A DNA stretch of 64,000 nucleotides from an uncultured Spirochaetia bacterium. GTDB lineage: Bacteria; Desulfobacterota_D; UBA1144; Nemesobacterales; UBA2774. The position numbers and the translations under genes were made by a program. Shown here one piece after another: positions 47,430 to 56,759 of the stretch. The first letter of the stretch is position 1. Every line of letters begins with the position of its first letter. The stretch lies in assembly GCA_964586675.1 (NCBI GenBank), contig CAZPHQ010000001.1:127385-191384 (forward strand). Reading direction: 5' to 3'. The notes under the pieces are model-generated. The model was not told where the DNA came from and ran no database searches. It saw nothing but the letters and a program-made list of their open reading frames with translations.

Positions 47430-49199
47430 CTAGCCCTTCTTTAAGCGACTGAAGAAAACGATCGCGATGCCCAAGACAAAGGCAAAGCCAAACCCTATGA
47501 GAAAGCTGTATATCACATGCCTGTACCTTAGCTCCGGTATGTACCTCGTTATAGAATTCCAGGCGGCTCTCTTCGCTTCGCCCTGAAAACTGGTGTCCTG
47601 GCCGACGAGAAAATCCGTAATCGCTACGGCCTCGTCTTCAGTGAGCCCCATGTTCGGCATGATCGAGTATGGATTATCGAATTTCGGCTCGAGGATGTGG
47701 TACTTGACCCAGAGCTTCACCCTGTCCATCCCCTCTTTTTCGAGGACCTCTTTCCGGGCATCCCTGTAGCTTTTGTAGGGCTCCATGTCGAGCGAGTCGA
47801 GGCTGACGGTATTCTGAACGTAAGCTGACGAGAAGAGTCTCTCCTTCAGGCGCGCCACCATCTCGTTCCTGTCGAGATTCGGCCCCGCAGTGCCCCATCC
47901 GTTTTCGCCCAGCGTATGGCACCCGTAGCATCCGCGCGATTCGAGAAGAATCTGGGGGTCCCTTTCGTTCTCGAAGGTGTGGGGGTGCCCACCGGGGCCG
48001 GAATACTTTACTTTAAGAATGGCGCTCATGCCGTCCTTGAACGGCAGTATCGGCGCTATGTATAACCCGTCGGGCCCGGAGGCAAGGCCTGCGAGCACCT
48101 GAAACCCCGAGCCCCTGTACCTGACGAAATAGTCGGGCACGGCCGCCAGCCTGCCGGCGGAGAAGTCGTAATCGAGCATCATTATCCCGCGGCCGGAATC
48201 GATTTTCGGGTCAGTATCCGGATCGCCGCAAAGAGTGAGATAAAATTTCCCGTCGAACCCTGCCGGCAGGGCCCGTGACGCCGGCTTCACGAAAGCCATC
48301 TGCGCCAGGCCGTGCGCGGGGGAGAACACGGCAAGGGCGTTAGTCGTCATGCTCATGTCGGAGCCGTCCCAGCGGTAATTCCCTCCTTCCGTGACCTCTA
48401 TGAATCTGTCGACCTCCTTGCCGTTGTCTCCTACGAACACGCGCCCGTCGGCGATGCTGAGGGCGAACGGATTCCGGAAGCCCGACGCCCATACAAAATT
48501 TCTCGGCTTCTTTATATCATCGTCGACGTAATAGGGATTGGTCTTTACGGGCTTTCCGTCGAGCGTCATCCGGAGCACCTTTCCCAGGAGGGAATTTATG
48601 TCCTGGCTCTTTTTTTGCGAGCCGCTTGTCGAGAAGGCGTCTCCCAGGCTCACGTAAAGATGATCGCCGTAGACCTGGCACGGCCCTATCTGGTGCGAGG
48701 GCGCCGACTGCTCGCCGGCGAAGATCTCCGTGAATACGGTTTTAGAAACGGGCTTAAGGGAGAATGTTCCCGGCTCGGATTCGAACCTTGCAATGTTGTT
48801 CCTGAGTATTCCCTTTTCGTCCTGGTATGTGAAGGTGACGAAAACGTAGCCCGAGCGCGGGTCGAGACATATGCCCGCCATTCCCATCTCTCCGCCGAAA
48901 GAGGGAAGCTCGACTCTTGGGACGAGCGTGAAGAAATCCTCGGCGAACGTATGAACGGACCTGTCGTTGGTTACTACCTTAACCTTGCCCCGGAGCTCCG
49001 TCACGAAATAAAGGGGGTCTTTGGGACCTGCGCCGGGCTCGGGAACGAACGCTATCGCGGAGGGGAAACTGTAGCCGTCCGTGTCTATCTCTATCGAGAA
49101 ATTCTTGTCGAGAGTCCAGTCGGCCTTCCAGTCGTAGGGCTCTTCCCCGGCGTGAGCGAAGCCGGCAACCAGCATCAGGATTAGAAGCAAAAGCAGCAT
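47430..49199 (-). CDS. sGDH-cytochrome c fusion, paralog 3
   Basis: Same architecture. Heme site CYGCH. ORF 47430..49208 trimmed from the TTG to the ATG at 49199 (MLLLLLILML...). Confidence 0.85.
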   Translation of the reverse strand: MLLLLLILMLVAGFAHAGEEPYDWKADWTLDKNFSIEIDTDGYSFPSAIAFVPEPGAGPKDPLYFVTELRGKVKVVTNDRSVHTFAEDFFTLVPRVELPSFGGEMGMAGICLDPRSGYVFVTFTYQDEKGILRNNIARFESEPGTFSLKPVSKTVFTEIFAGEQSAPSHQIGPCQVYGDHLYVSLGDAFSTSGSQKKSQDINSLLGKVLRMTLDGKPVKTNPYYVDDDIKKPRNFVWASGFRNPFALSIADGRVFVGDNGKEVDRFIEVTEGGNYRWDGSDMSMTTNALAVFSPAHGLAQMAFVKPASRALPAGFDGKFYLTLCGDPDTDPKIDSGRGIMMLDYDFSAGRLAAVPDYFVRYRGSGFQVLAGLASGPDGLYIAPILPFKDGMSAILKVKYSGPGGHPHTFENERDPQILLESRGCYGCHTLGENGWGTAGPNLDRNEMVARLKERLFSSAYVQNTVSLDSLDMEPYKSYRDARKEVLEKEGMDRVKLWVKYHILEPKFDNPYSIMPNMGLTEDEAVAITDFLVGQDTSFQGEAKRAAWNSITRYIPELRYRHVIYSFLIGFGFAFVLGIAIVFFSRLKKG

Positions 49200-49442
49200 A
49201 TGGATCAATTATTTACTACACAATTCTACACACACCACAGGCGAATTGCACAATCCGGGGAATATTCCGGCGGAGAGCGAAGCTTGCCGGTATAGGCGCG
49301 GCGCCGGAGGAATTTCGCATCTTTCACCGGCGCTCGGGCACATGCATATGCAAATATTGAGTATATTTTAACAACCGGTGCGGGGGGATATTTGTAGTGC
49401 CGGCCCGCAGCAAATGGGTTTATACTTAGCAGCGGTGAGGAG

Positions 49443-49784
49443 ATGGGAGACAAGAGACAGTCGAGAAGGCTGCCCTACCGTAAACGGATAAGGCTGGGAA
49501 AAGACGAGCCCAAGTACATGGGCTACGCCTCTAATATTTCGGAAAGCGGGCTCGAAATCGAGTCAAGGAATCTTTATCCCCCGGGCACCAGGATAGTAAT
49601 CAGCTTCCAGGAAGACATCGGCACGGAAGACAATGCGCCAGAGGCCAGGATCGAAGGCATAGTGAAGTGGTCGACGAGGACCATCGGAAACCAGTCCGGC
49701 AATATGGGCATAAAGATCGCGGAGGATTCCGAGCAGGCCGTAAAGCGCATTTACGCCGAACGGATCAAGAGACTTACCAAGTAA
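49443..49784 (+). CDS. PilZ domain-containing protein
   Basis: RQSRRLPYR (RxxxR) and NISESGLEI (D/NxSxxG) motifs. GAGGAG RBS. Confidence 0.8.
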   Translation: MGDKRQSRRLPYRKRIRLGKDEPKYMGYASNISESGLEIESRNLYPPGTRIVISFQEDIGTEDNAPEARIEGIVKWSTRTIGNQSGNMGIKIAEDSEQAVKRIYAERIKRLTK

Positions 49785-49793
49785 CCGGCGTAT

Positions 49794-50261
49794 TTATCTC
49801 GGAGCGTAAGCGAGATTCTGCAGCCAGAAATCTATCACGTATTCTATCCGGGCGAGGAGGAGCGGCCTGTACTTGTCGAGGTCCGGCAGATGCACCCACC
49901 TGCACTCGATTATGCCCTCGGAAAACTGGGGCGAAACGTCGGAATCAGCGCCGCGGTAATGAACGAGATACCAGTTGGTCTTTTTGAGATACTTGGTCTT
50001 GTCGTATCTGGTTGTATGCCAAGTCGAGACGAGCTTATCCTGGACGATGAGCTTCTCCCTGTCGAGGCCTGTCTCTTCGCTTATCTCCCTGAGTGCTGTT
50101 TCCACCGGGTCTGTATCCAGCTCGAAACGACCTTTCGGAAGGTCCCATTTGCCGCGCTTGAATATTAGCAGGATGTGATAATTGTCGTTGTAAACCAGCC
50201 CTCCGGCGGATTTTATCTTCGGGAGGTTGAGCGTTTTGGCTAATGTAAATTCTTCATTCAT
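49794..50261 (-). CDS. NUDIX hydrolase
   Basis: Near-canonical Nudix box G-RFELD-T-DPVETAL-REISEETGL. The start overlaps the PPK2 stop by 8 nt. Confidence 0.85.
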   Translation of the reverse strand: MNEEFTLAKTLNLPKIKSAGGLVYNDNYHILLIFKRGKWDLPKGRFELDTDPVETALREISEETGLDREKLIVQDKLVSTWHTTRYDKTKYLKKTNWYLVHYRGADSDVSPQFSEGIIECRWVHLPDLDKYRPLLLARIEYVIDFWLQNLAYAPR

Positions 50262-51144
50262 TTGACGGGTTCGTTAAAACCTCCTGTGTGTTGTTAGATT
50301 TATGCTCGTCCGACATTTCTTTCAAGACCGAGTACTGAAGCTTGTTGAGGCCGCTGAAGGCGACGCCGTGTATCTCTATGCTGTGGGTCTCTGTAACGTC
50401 CTCGCCGGTGAGCGGAACGAATTTATCGTCCCCGTAAGTTCTTATCACGTAGAGCATGCACGTTAGCCTGGAAGTCTTCCGCGAGTTTGCATTTATGAGT
50501 ATCCAGGGCGATTTTTCCGATGCGGTATAGTCGAACATCTGCTCCTTGTACTTCGTGAACGTCTCCCATTTCTTTCTGGCGTGGAAATCGTTCTCCGAAA
50601 ATTTCCAGAACTTGAGCGGGTCGGTGAGCCGCTCCTGAAAGCGGTAGAGCTGATGCTCGGGGTCTACTGAAAGATAGAATTTAATGAGCGTGAGCCCCTG
50701 GTCTATGAGGCTATGCTCCCAGTCGAGCACTTTATGTATGAAGTACTCGTACTGCTTCTGCGTGCAGTAGCCCATTGTCGGCTCTATCAGGGCGCGATTG
50801 TACCACGAGCGGTCGAAGAAAACTATCTCCCCGGGCTCAGGGAGATTCTGCTCGTACCTGTGGAACCAGTACTTGGACTCTTTCGGGGTCGGCACGCCGA
50901 GATCGACTATCCTGAAGTATTTCGGCATAAGGTTTTGGGTGAAGCGGATGATCGTCGAGCCTTTCCCTGCGGCGTCACGGCCGTCGAAGCAAATGCACAC
51001 CCTTTGCCCGAGCTTGGCCACGCTCTGCTGCATGGTCAGGAGCTCCAGCTGCAGGCGCCTTTTTTCAACGTAATAATCTTTCAGGTTTATTCCGTCGTAG
51101 GGCGCTTCTATTTTGGTTATTTCTTTACCCGTAAGTTTCTTCAT
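50254..51144 (-). CDS. ppk2: polyphosphate kinase 2
   Basis: Walker A FDGRDAAGKGSTI, the FDRSWYNR lid region and the PPK2-typical length. Confidence 0.9.
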   Translation of the reverse strand: MKKLTGKEITKIEAPYDGINLKDYYVEKRRLQLELLTMQQSVAKLGQRVCICFDGRDAAGKGSTIIRFTQNLMPKYFRIVDLGVPTPKESKYWFHRYEQNLPEPGEIVFFDRSWYNRALIEPTMGYCTQKQYEYFIHKVLDWEHSLIDQGLTLIKFYLSVDPEHQLYRFQERLTDPLKFWKFSENDFHARKKWETFTKYKEQMFDYTASEKSPWILINANSRKTSRLTCMLYVIRTYGDDKFVPLTGEDVTETHSIEIHGVAFSGLNKLQYSVLKEMSDEHKSNNTQEVLTNPSNE

Positions 51145-51522
51145 GGAGCGTCACCTCTGAATTTTTAACGCTAAACGTTGTGCTGGCATTTCTGCGTATC
51201 GTCGTCTGCGCGGCTAATCCGGATAAACCTCCGGGACACGTCTCATCCCGTTTAAGCCCGTTAAATGCGTTTAATACATATTAGAATTACACTCGGGCAG
51301 GCTAAAATCAAATCCGCGATAAGTATATTAAATGAGTCCGATTTTTTCAATTTGAGAAGACACGGGAAGGAGCCGTCGATACTGTAAATAGAATAGCGTT
51401 GACTGGGTACTAAAAACTGCTCTGAAAAAATTATCCTTTCATGCTGGATAATTATGCGCTATCATTACATTGGTATTAACGCATATTAAGAAAGTGTTAA
51501 GTCTACTATCAAAGTATCGGAG

Positions 51523-51999
51523 ATGACTGGAATGCTCGGGAAATTCATCTTCTGCTTACTCCTCACGGGAGTGGTGCTCGCCCTCGCCGGAGATGAGGCC
51601 GGCGCGGCTTCAGGCCTTTCGGACGAAACGGGCCGGGCGGCTATCCAGCTCGATCCTGAAACCGAGCAGCTCGACCAGGTCTCGGAGCCCGTGGGAGAAT
51701 TGTCCGAGCCTGTCGAGGGCGTGCCCACAGAGCCTCTCGACGCCGTTTCCGAATCCGACGATGAGGCTTCGGAAGAAGTCGGCCAGGATATCGCACCGAC
51801 CGAAGAGCTCGACCAGGTTTCGGAAACGGACGATCAGGCCTCCGAGGAAGTTGGAGCCGATTCGGAAACCGCAGCGGAGGCGTCAGAAATTCTTCCGCCG
51901 GCTCCCGAGGGTGAAGAGTCCGGCCTCGAAGATGAATCCCCCGCACAGGAAATGCCTCTCGGCGACAGAGAGGCCGAAGGCAGGGGGCTCGGCTATTAG
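51523..51999 (+). CDS. secreted acidic low-complexity repeat protein
   Basis: Signal peptide, then a D/E/S-rich body with repeated EELDQVSE-TDDQASEEVG units. Coding status is moderate; overlapping ORFs exist in other frames. Confidence 0.45.
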   Translation: MTGMLGKFIFCLLLTGVVLALAGDEAGAASGLSDETGRAAIQLDPETEQLDQVSEPVGELSEPVEGVPTEPLDAVSESDDEASEEVGQDIAPTEELDQVSETDDQASEEVGADSETAAEASEILPPAPEGEESGLEDESPAQEMPLGDREAEGRGLGY

Positions 52000-52438
52000 A
52001 CGCCGGCTGTCCTGAGTTCTGTCTTCCTCCCTCCCGATTTGTTACACACATATCAGGCGTATTTCGAGCGCTCGCGCTGACCTACCCACAGAACAGCGCG
52101 ACTGAAATTCAAGGCCGCCGTTGAGGTCGACGCAACCCATAGCGATTTCAAAAACACTGAAGAGCTTGTTAAAAAAAGCCTGCCTTAACTCACCCATGAT
52201 ACAACGGCCGGGTATTCCCTGACCCCACCTTCCGCCTATCATATCAATTAGCACATGCGACTACATAAATCAAGAAATAATTACCACAGATAACCGCCCG
52301 GATGCGTTACGCGCATGTAGTGTAGAGATGAAGACAGTAATGTTTATTACTATGAGAGAGGGACGCACGCCATCGTCTTTTTTTAATTCTGCGCGACTGT
52401 CTTAATTGTTTCTATTCGGGCAGTACGCTGTTGTAAAA

Positions 52439-52515
52439 TGGTCGGGGTGAGAGGGATCGAACCTCCGACTTCGGCGTCCCAAGCGCCGCGCGCTACCAGA
52501 CTGCGCTACACCCCG
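52439..52515 (-). tRNA. tRNA-Pro: tRNA-Pro (anticodon TGG), CCA encoded
   Basis: Manual fold: acceptor CGGGGTG/CACCCCG, anticodon arm CGGCG-CTTGGGA-CGCCG, T arm GGAGG-TTCGATC-CCTCT. 77 nt. Confidence 0.9.
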
Positions 52516-52661
52516 ACCGGGGAAGCAGAAGTATACCCATGCGAAGGAAAACAACAAGGTCAAATATGCCGCGCGGAGCTGCTCACATCTGAATCGGATA
52601 ATGAATATCATTTCCGAAACGAGACACCGTAGAAGACAATATCACGCTGAAGCAGCGAGGA

Positions 52662-53204
52662 CTAACTCATATTTTTCATATGCTGTATATACCCTTCCCT
52701 GCCGGAGCCTACTTTATACGTAGAGTATCCTATGGGATTCTTCTCGTAGTATTTCTGATGATACTCCTCAGCCGGGTAAAACTCCATAGCGGGCCTTATG
52801 GTCGTGACTATCGGGGCTTTGTATCTCCCCGATTCCCCGAGCTTCTTTTTCGACTCTTCCGCTATTTTTTTCTGCTCCTCGTCGTGGTAGAAAATGGCCG
52901 TATGGTAGTGCTTCCCCCTGTCGGCGAACTGCCCGCCGTCGTCGGTCGGGTCTACGTTCAGCCAGAAGACGTCGAGCAGCTGCTCGTAGGAGACCTTGTC
53001 GGGATCGTAAACGATTTCTATGGATTCGAGATGATTTGTTCTGCCGTAGCAGACGTCGTGGTAGTTCGGGTTTTTCTCGGTCCCGCCAGTGTAACCGACA
53101 GTCGTCGATACGACGCCCGATATGGCGTCGAACGGGGGCTGCATGCACCAGAAACAGCCGCCCGAAAAAGTCGCCTTTTTATACTTTCCGTCGTTCTCTT
53201 CCAT
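52662..53204 (-). CDS. msrA: peptide-methionine (S)-S-oxide reductase
   Basis: GGCFWCMQPPFD active-site motif and a typical MsrA body. Confidence 0.9.
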   Translation of the reverse strand: MEENDGKYKKATFSGGCFWCMQPPFDAISGVVSTTVGYTGGTEKNPNYHDVCYGRTNHLESIEIVYDPDKVSYEQLLDVFWLNVDPTDDGGQFADRGKHYHTAIFYHDEEQKKIAEESKKKLGESGRYKAPIVTTIRPAMEFYPAEEYHQKYYEKNPIGYSTYKVGSGREGYIQHMKNMS

Positions 53205-53329
53205 TCTCGCCCCCGTTGAAAATGATATTTTTATTTAAAGTATAGTGGCCGCGGCGAAAGAGACAAGGAACCCGGCTCACAACTCCTTTGTACGCCGATT
53301 TTCGTGCGGGGGATTCAGCGATTAAAGCG

Positions 53330-56300
53330 TCATAGTCCGGGCGGGGTCCTGCTCTTCCCGGAGCCTGCCCTGTCTTCGTAAAGAGGCCTTTGCGGCTTTC
53401 TCGGAGGGTTATCCTCCAGGAGATCGAGGACGACGTCGACCGCCTTCTCGAGCTGGGGGTCGGGTGAATCGTTTATGTTCTCCGGCAGGTCCTCCACGAC
53501 GTAATCCGGCTCGACCCCGTAGCCCTCGACTTCCCATTTGCCGTCCGAGTTCCAGAAGGCGTAACTCGGCGCGGTGACGTATCCGCCGTCTATGAGACCC
53601 GGATTCCCGCCTATGCCTATGAGGCCGCCGAGCGTGCGCGTGCCGACGAGCGGGCCGAGCCCCGTTTTTCGGAAGTAATAAGGGAAGGCGTCCCCTCCCG
53701 ACCCGGACCAGCCGTTTATTATCATAACCTTGGGGCCGCCATTCGACACCGAAGGCGTCTTCGAGTCCTTGAAGTCCCTCATCGCCCAGTAGTTCAGTAC
53801 CGATCTGTTAAGAAGCTCGATAAAGCGGTCGGGCACCTGGCCTCCGCCGTTGAACCTTTCGTCGATCACGAGGGCTTCCTTGTCCGCCTGCGGCACGAAC
53901 TGCCTTACGAGCTCGTTCTGTCCCTGCCAACCGGTATCGGGGACATATACGTATCCCACCCTGCCGCCTGTCATCTTATCGACTTTTTCCATATTGGCTT
54001 CGACCCATTCCAGGTATCTGAGCTTTCTGTCTTCGGTCGTAGATATGAGCTTTATATTTACCTCCCGGGCGTCCTTGCCGTTAGGGTTCCTGGCGACTGT
54101 GAGCGTCACGACGTCGCCCGTCGGCGCGGCGAACGCCTCCCAGGGGTCCTTCGTTACGTCGGGCTTCCGGCCGTTAACGGCAATGAGATAATCCCCTTCC
54201 TCGACGCCGAGGCCAGGCTGGCCGAGGGGTGAATACGCGTCCGGGTTCAGCTTCCCCCCGGTATATATCTTTTTTATTTTGTACGCCTTGCTCCCGGTTT
54301 CGAGCTCGAACTCCGCGCCGGGAAGGCCGAACGGGAGGATTTCCTCCTCGTCTATGTCGCCGCCGCCGACGTAGGTATGCGAGGAGTTGAGCTCCCCTAC
54401 CATCTCCCCTATGACGTAATTTAGGTCTTCCCTGTCCGTGATGAAGGGAAGGAGCTTTTCGTACCTCGCCCTGACGGCGTTCCAGTCGACCCCGTGCATG
54501 CCCGGGTCGTAGAAGAAATCCCTTTCTATACGCCAGGCGTCGGCGAATATCTGGCTCCATTCCTCCCTGGGGTCGATGCTTGCCTTAAGCCCCGACAGCG
54601 CGAGCTGCCCGTCTCCGGGCTTGCTTCCTTCCAAGAGATTTACTATTCCGTATGTATCGCCCGACCTGTAAATGATCTTCGATCCGTCGGCCGAGAGATC
54701 GTAGTCGGAGACGTTCTGCATGACGGTCTTTTCCCTTTTGTCGCCGAAATCGAAATACTGGAGCGCGCCCCCGGGGTTGTCCCCGGCGCTCCCCGCGGCG
54801 GGGAAGCGTAGATAGACCACCTTTCCGTTGGCGGCTGTCACGCGTCCGAAATTGCCCGCGCCGATCGGGAGCTTCACGGCGCGTGATTCCATGCCCTCGA
54901 AATCTATCGCGCTCTTTTCTTCCTCTTTTTTCTCCTTTCCCGGCGGCACATATTCCTCTTCGTCTGCCGGAGCGAGCGGCGATTCGGTGTCCTTTGCGAG
55001 CGTGATCGCATATAGCTGGGAGGAGTTCGGATAGATCCAGGTGTCGTCCATGTCGCCGTAAACGGGAGTGAAGGAGCTGTCGGAGAAGTAGTAGAGATAT
55101 TTCCCCTCGGGATCGAAAACGGGGGAGTTGTCGTTATAAAAGCCGCTCGTTACCCTCTTCGATTTTCCGGCGGCGACGTCGTAGACGTATATCGACCTCA
55201 TTCTGTTATTCCCGGTTTTGGCATAAGCGATATATTTCCCGCCGGGCGACCAGGAATAATTGCTTATGATATTGTGCGCGTCCCTGTCGATCTCTTTCGG
55301 TTTTCCGTCGTCTATATCGACGACGAAGAGCCGCCCTGTCTTGTCGCTGAAAGCGATCTTCTTGCTGTCGCGGGACCATACCGGCCTGTAGCGGTAGACG
55401 GAGCCGTCCTCGGTCACCCTCGTCTCGCCGCCGTCGCCGTTACTCAGCCTGTAGTAAAGCTCGTACTCTCCGGACCTGTCCGAGAGGTAAGCCACGTATT
55501 TACCGTCGGGCGACCACACCGGAAAGCGCTCGGCCACGCCTGAAGTGTTGGTGAGATTTTTAACCCTCCCTTCCCCTGCCGGCACAGTCAGGACTTCACC
55601 CCGCGCGCCGAAGAGCGCACGCTTCCCTGTGGGAGAGATCGAGAAGTCACTTATATTTTCGGTGAGATCCTTCTGGCGCGTGCGGAGCTCGGGCAGGTCG
55701 TCCGGCACACGCACGACGACCTCGCTCACCGTTTCGTCCGGGAGGCTAAGGAGAAAGAGCCTCCCGCCGTTCTCGAAGACTATGTCGTCAGGCCCGAGGC
55801 TCGGCCACTTCACGTCGAACTCTTTAAAGTCGGTCACTCGGCGCGTTTCGTGTGTTTCAGTATTGTAGGCCCATATATTGATCCGCTTTTCATCTCCCCT
55901 GTCGGAAACGAAGAAGATGTCTTTCCCGCGCCACATCGGAAGGGAATCGGTGCCGGGATAGTCAGTTATTTTTTCTACGGAGCCCGTTTCGAGATCGTAA
56001 ATCCATATGTCGCTTGCCATCCCTCCCCTGTACCCTCTCCATGCGCCCCGCATGGGAGGCATGTATTCGAATGCCAGTTTCTTGCCGTCGGGGCTCAGGC
56101 CGCCGAGCTCCCCGTAAGGCAGTGGAAGCGCCTCGGGAAGACCGCCCCTCGCCGAAACCCTGAAGAGCCTGTCGTAGCGCTGGCTTGGGCTCAGCATATT
56201 GGAATGGAACAGTATGTTCTTTCCGCCGGGGTACCAGTCGACGAGGATGTCGTCGTCGGGGTGGTGCGTCAGCCTCTCGGGTATCCCGCCGTCCCTGGGT

Positions 56301-56632
56301 ATCGTGTAGATGTCTACGTTACCGTCGTAATTTCCGCTGAACGCTATCACCCCGCCGTCCGGAGAAAATTTGGGCAGAATTTCGTCTCCGCCGGCGGACG
56401 TCAGCCGGGAGGCGAGCCCGCCCGACTTCGGCACCACCCATATATCCCCGGCGTATACGAACGCTATCGAATCCCGGCTCACGTCCGGATAACGGAGCAT
56501 GAGGGCGTCGGGAACTTTTTCGGCCTCCTTTTCCTCCGGGCCCGGGAATGCGGGAACGGAGCCGAGGAGAAGCAGGGCAAAAAGAACCGCCGCTCTGATC
56601 ATAAGGGTATGGCTGGATAGACGGGTGCTCAT
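53330..56632 (-). CDS. tricorn protease homolog (S41 family, beta-propeller + PDZ + protease)
   Basis: 1100 aa. N-terminus LRYPDVSRDSIAFVYAGDIWVVPKSGG...SPDG repeats (TolB-like propellers). C-terminal S41-type core has GWSGSGGDAF. Confidence 0.9.
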   Translation of the reverse strand: MSTRLSSHTLMIRAAVLFALLLLGSVPAFPGPEEKEAEKVPDALMLRYPDVSRDSIAFVYAGDIWVVPKSGGLASRLTSAGGDEILPKFSPDGGVIAFSGNYDGNVDIYTIPRDGGIPERLTHHPDDDILVDWYPGGKNILFHSNMLSPSQRYDRLFRVSARGGLPEALPLPYGELGGLSPDGKKLAFEYMPPMRGAWRGYRGGMASDIWIYDLETGSVEKITDYPGTDSLPMWRGKDIFFVSDRGDEKRINIWAYNTETHETRRVTDFKEFDVKWPSLGPDDIVFENGGRLFLLSLPDETVSEVVVRVPDDLPELRTRQKDLTENISDFSISPTGKRALFGARGEVLTVPAGEGRVKNLTNTSGVAERFPVWSPDGKYVAYLSDRSGEYELYYRLSNGDGGETRVTEDGSVYRYRPVWSRDSKKIAFSDKTGRLFVVDIDDGKPKEIDRDAHNIISNYSWSPGGKYIAYAKTGNNRMRSIYVYDVAAGKSKRVTSGFYNDNSPVFDPEGKYLYYFSDSSFTPVYGDMDDTWIYPNSSQLYAITLAKDTESPLAPADEEEYVPPGKEKKEEEKSAIDFEGMESRAVKLPIGAGNFGRVTAANGKVVYLRFPAAGSAGDNPGGALQYFDFGDKREKTVMQNVSDYDLSADGSKIIYRSGDTYGIVNLLEGSKPGDGQLALSGLKASIDPREEWSQIFADAWRIERDFFYDPGMHGVDWNAVRARYEKLLPFITDREDLNYVIGEMVGELNSSHTYVGGGDIDEEEILPFGLPGAEFELETGSKAYKIKKIYTGGKLNPDAYSPLGQPGLGVEEGDYLIAVNGRKPDVTKDPWEAFAAPTGDVVTLTVARNPNGKDAREVNIKLISTTEDRKLRYLEWVEANMEKVDKMTGGRVGYVYVPDTGWQGQNELVRQFVPQADKEALVIDERFNGGGQVPDRFIELLNRSVLNYWAMRDFKDSKTPSVSNGGPKVMIINGWSGSGGDAFPYYFRKTGLGPLVGTRTLGGLIGIGGNPGLIDGGYVTAPSYAFWNSDGKWEVEGYGVEPDYVVEDLPENINDSPDPQLEKAVDVVLDLLEDNPPRKPQRPLYEDRAGSGKSRTPPGL

Positions 56633-56759
56633 TCTGTGGACGGGCGATTCCTTATATATGATGACACAGGCTTAAGTGTAAGCGCGTTTGCTATAAAAAT
56701 ATACCCTCGAACCGCGCCGGGTGTGTCCCCGATTTCAGCGCACCGAATTGGACGACGGC

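Noticed and set aside
49226-49453. 75-aa minus-strand ORF between sGDH paralog 3 and the PilZ gene
   Set aside because: It lies in the divergent promoter region, has no RBS or domain, and overlaps the PilZ start.
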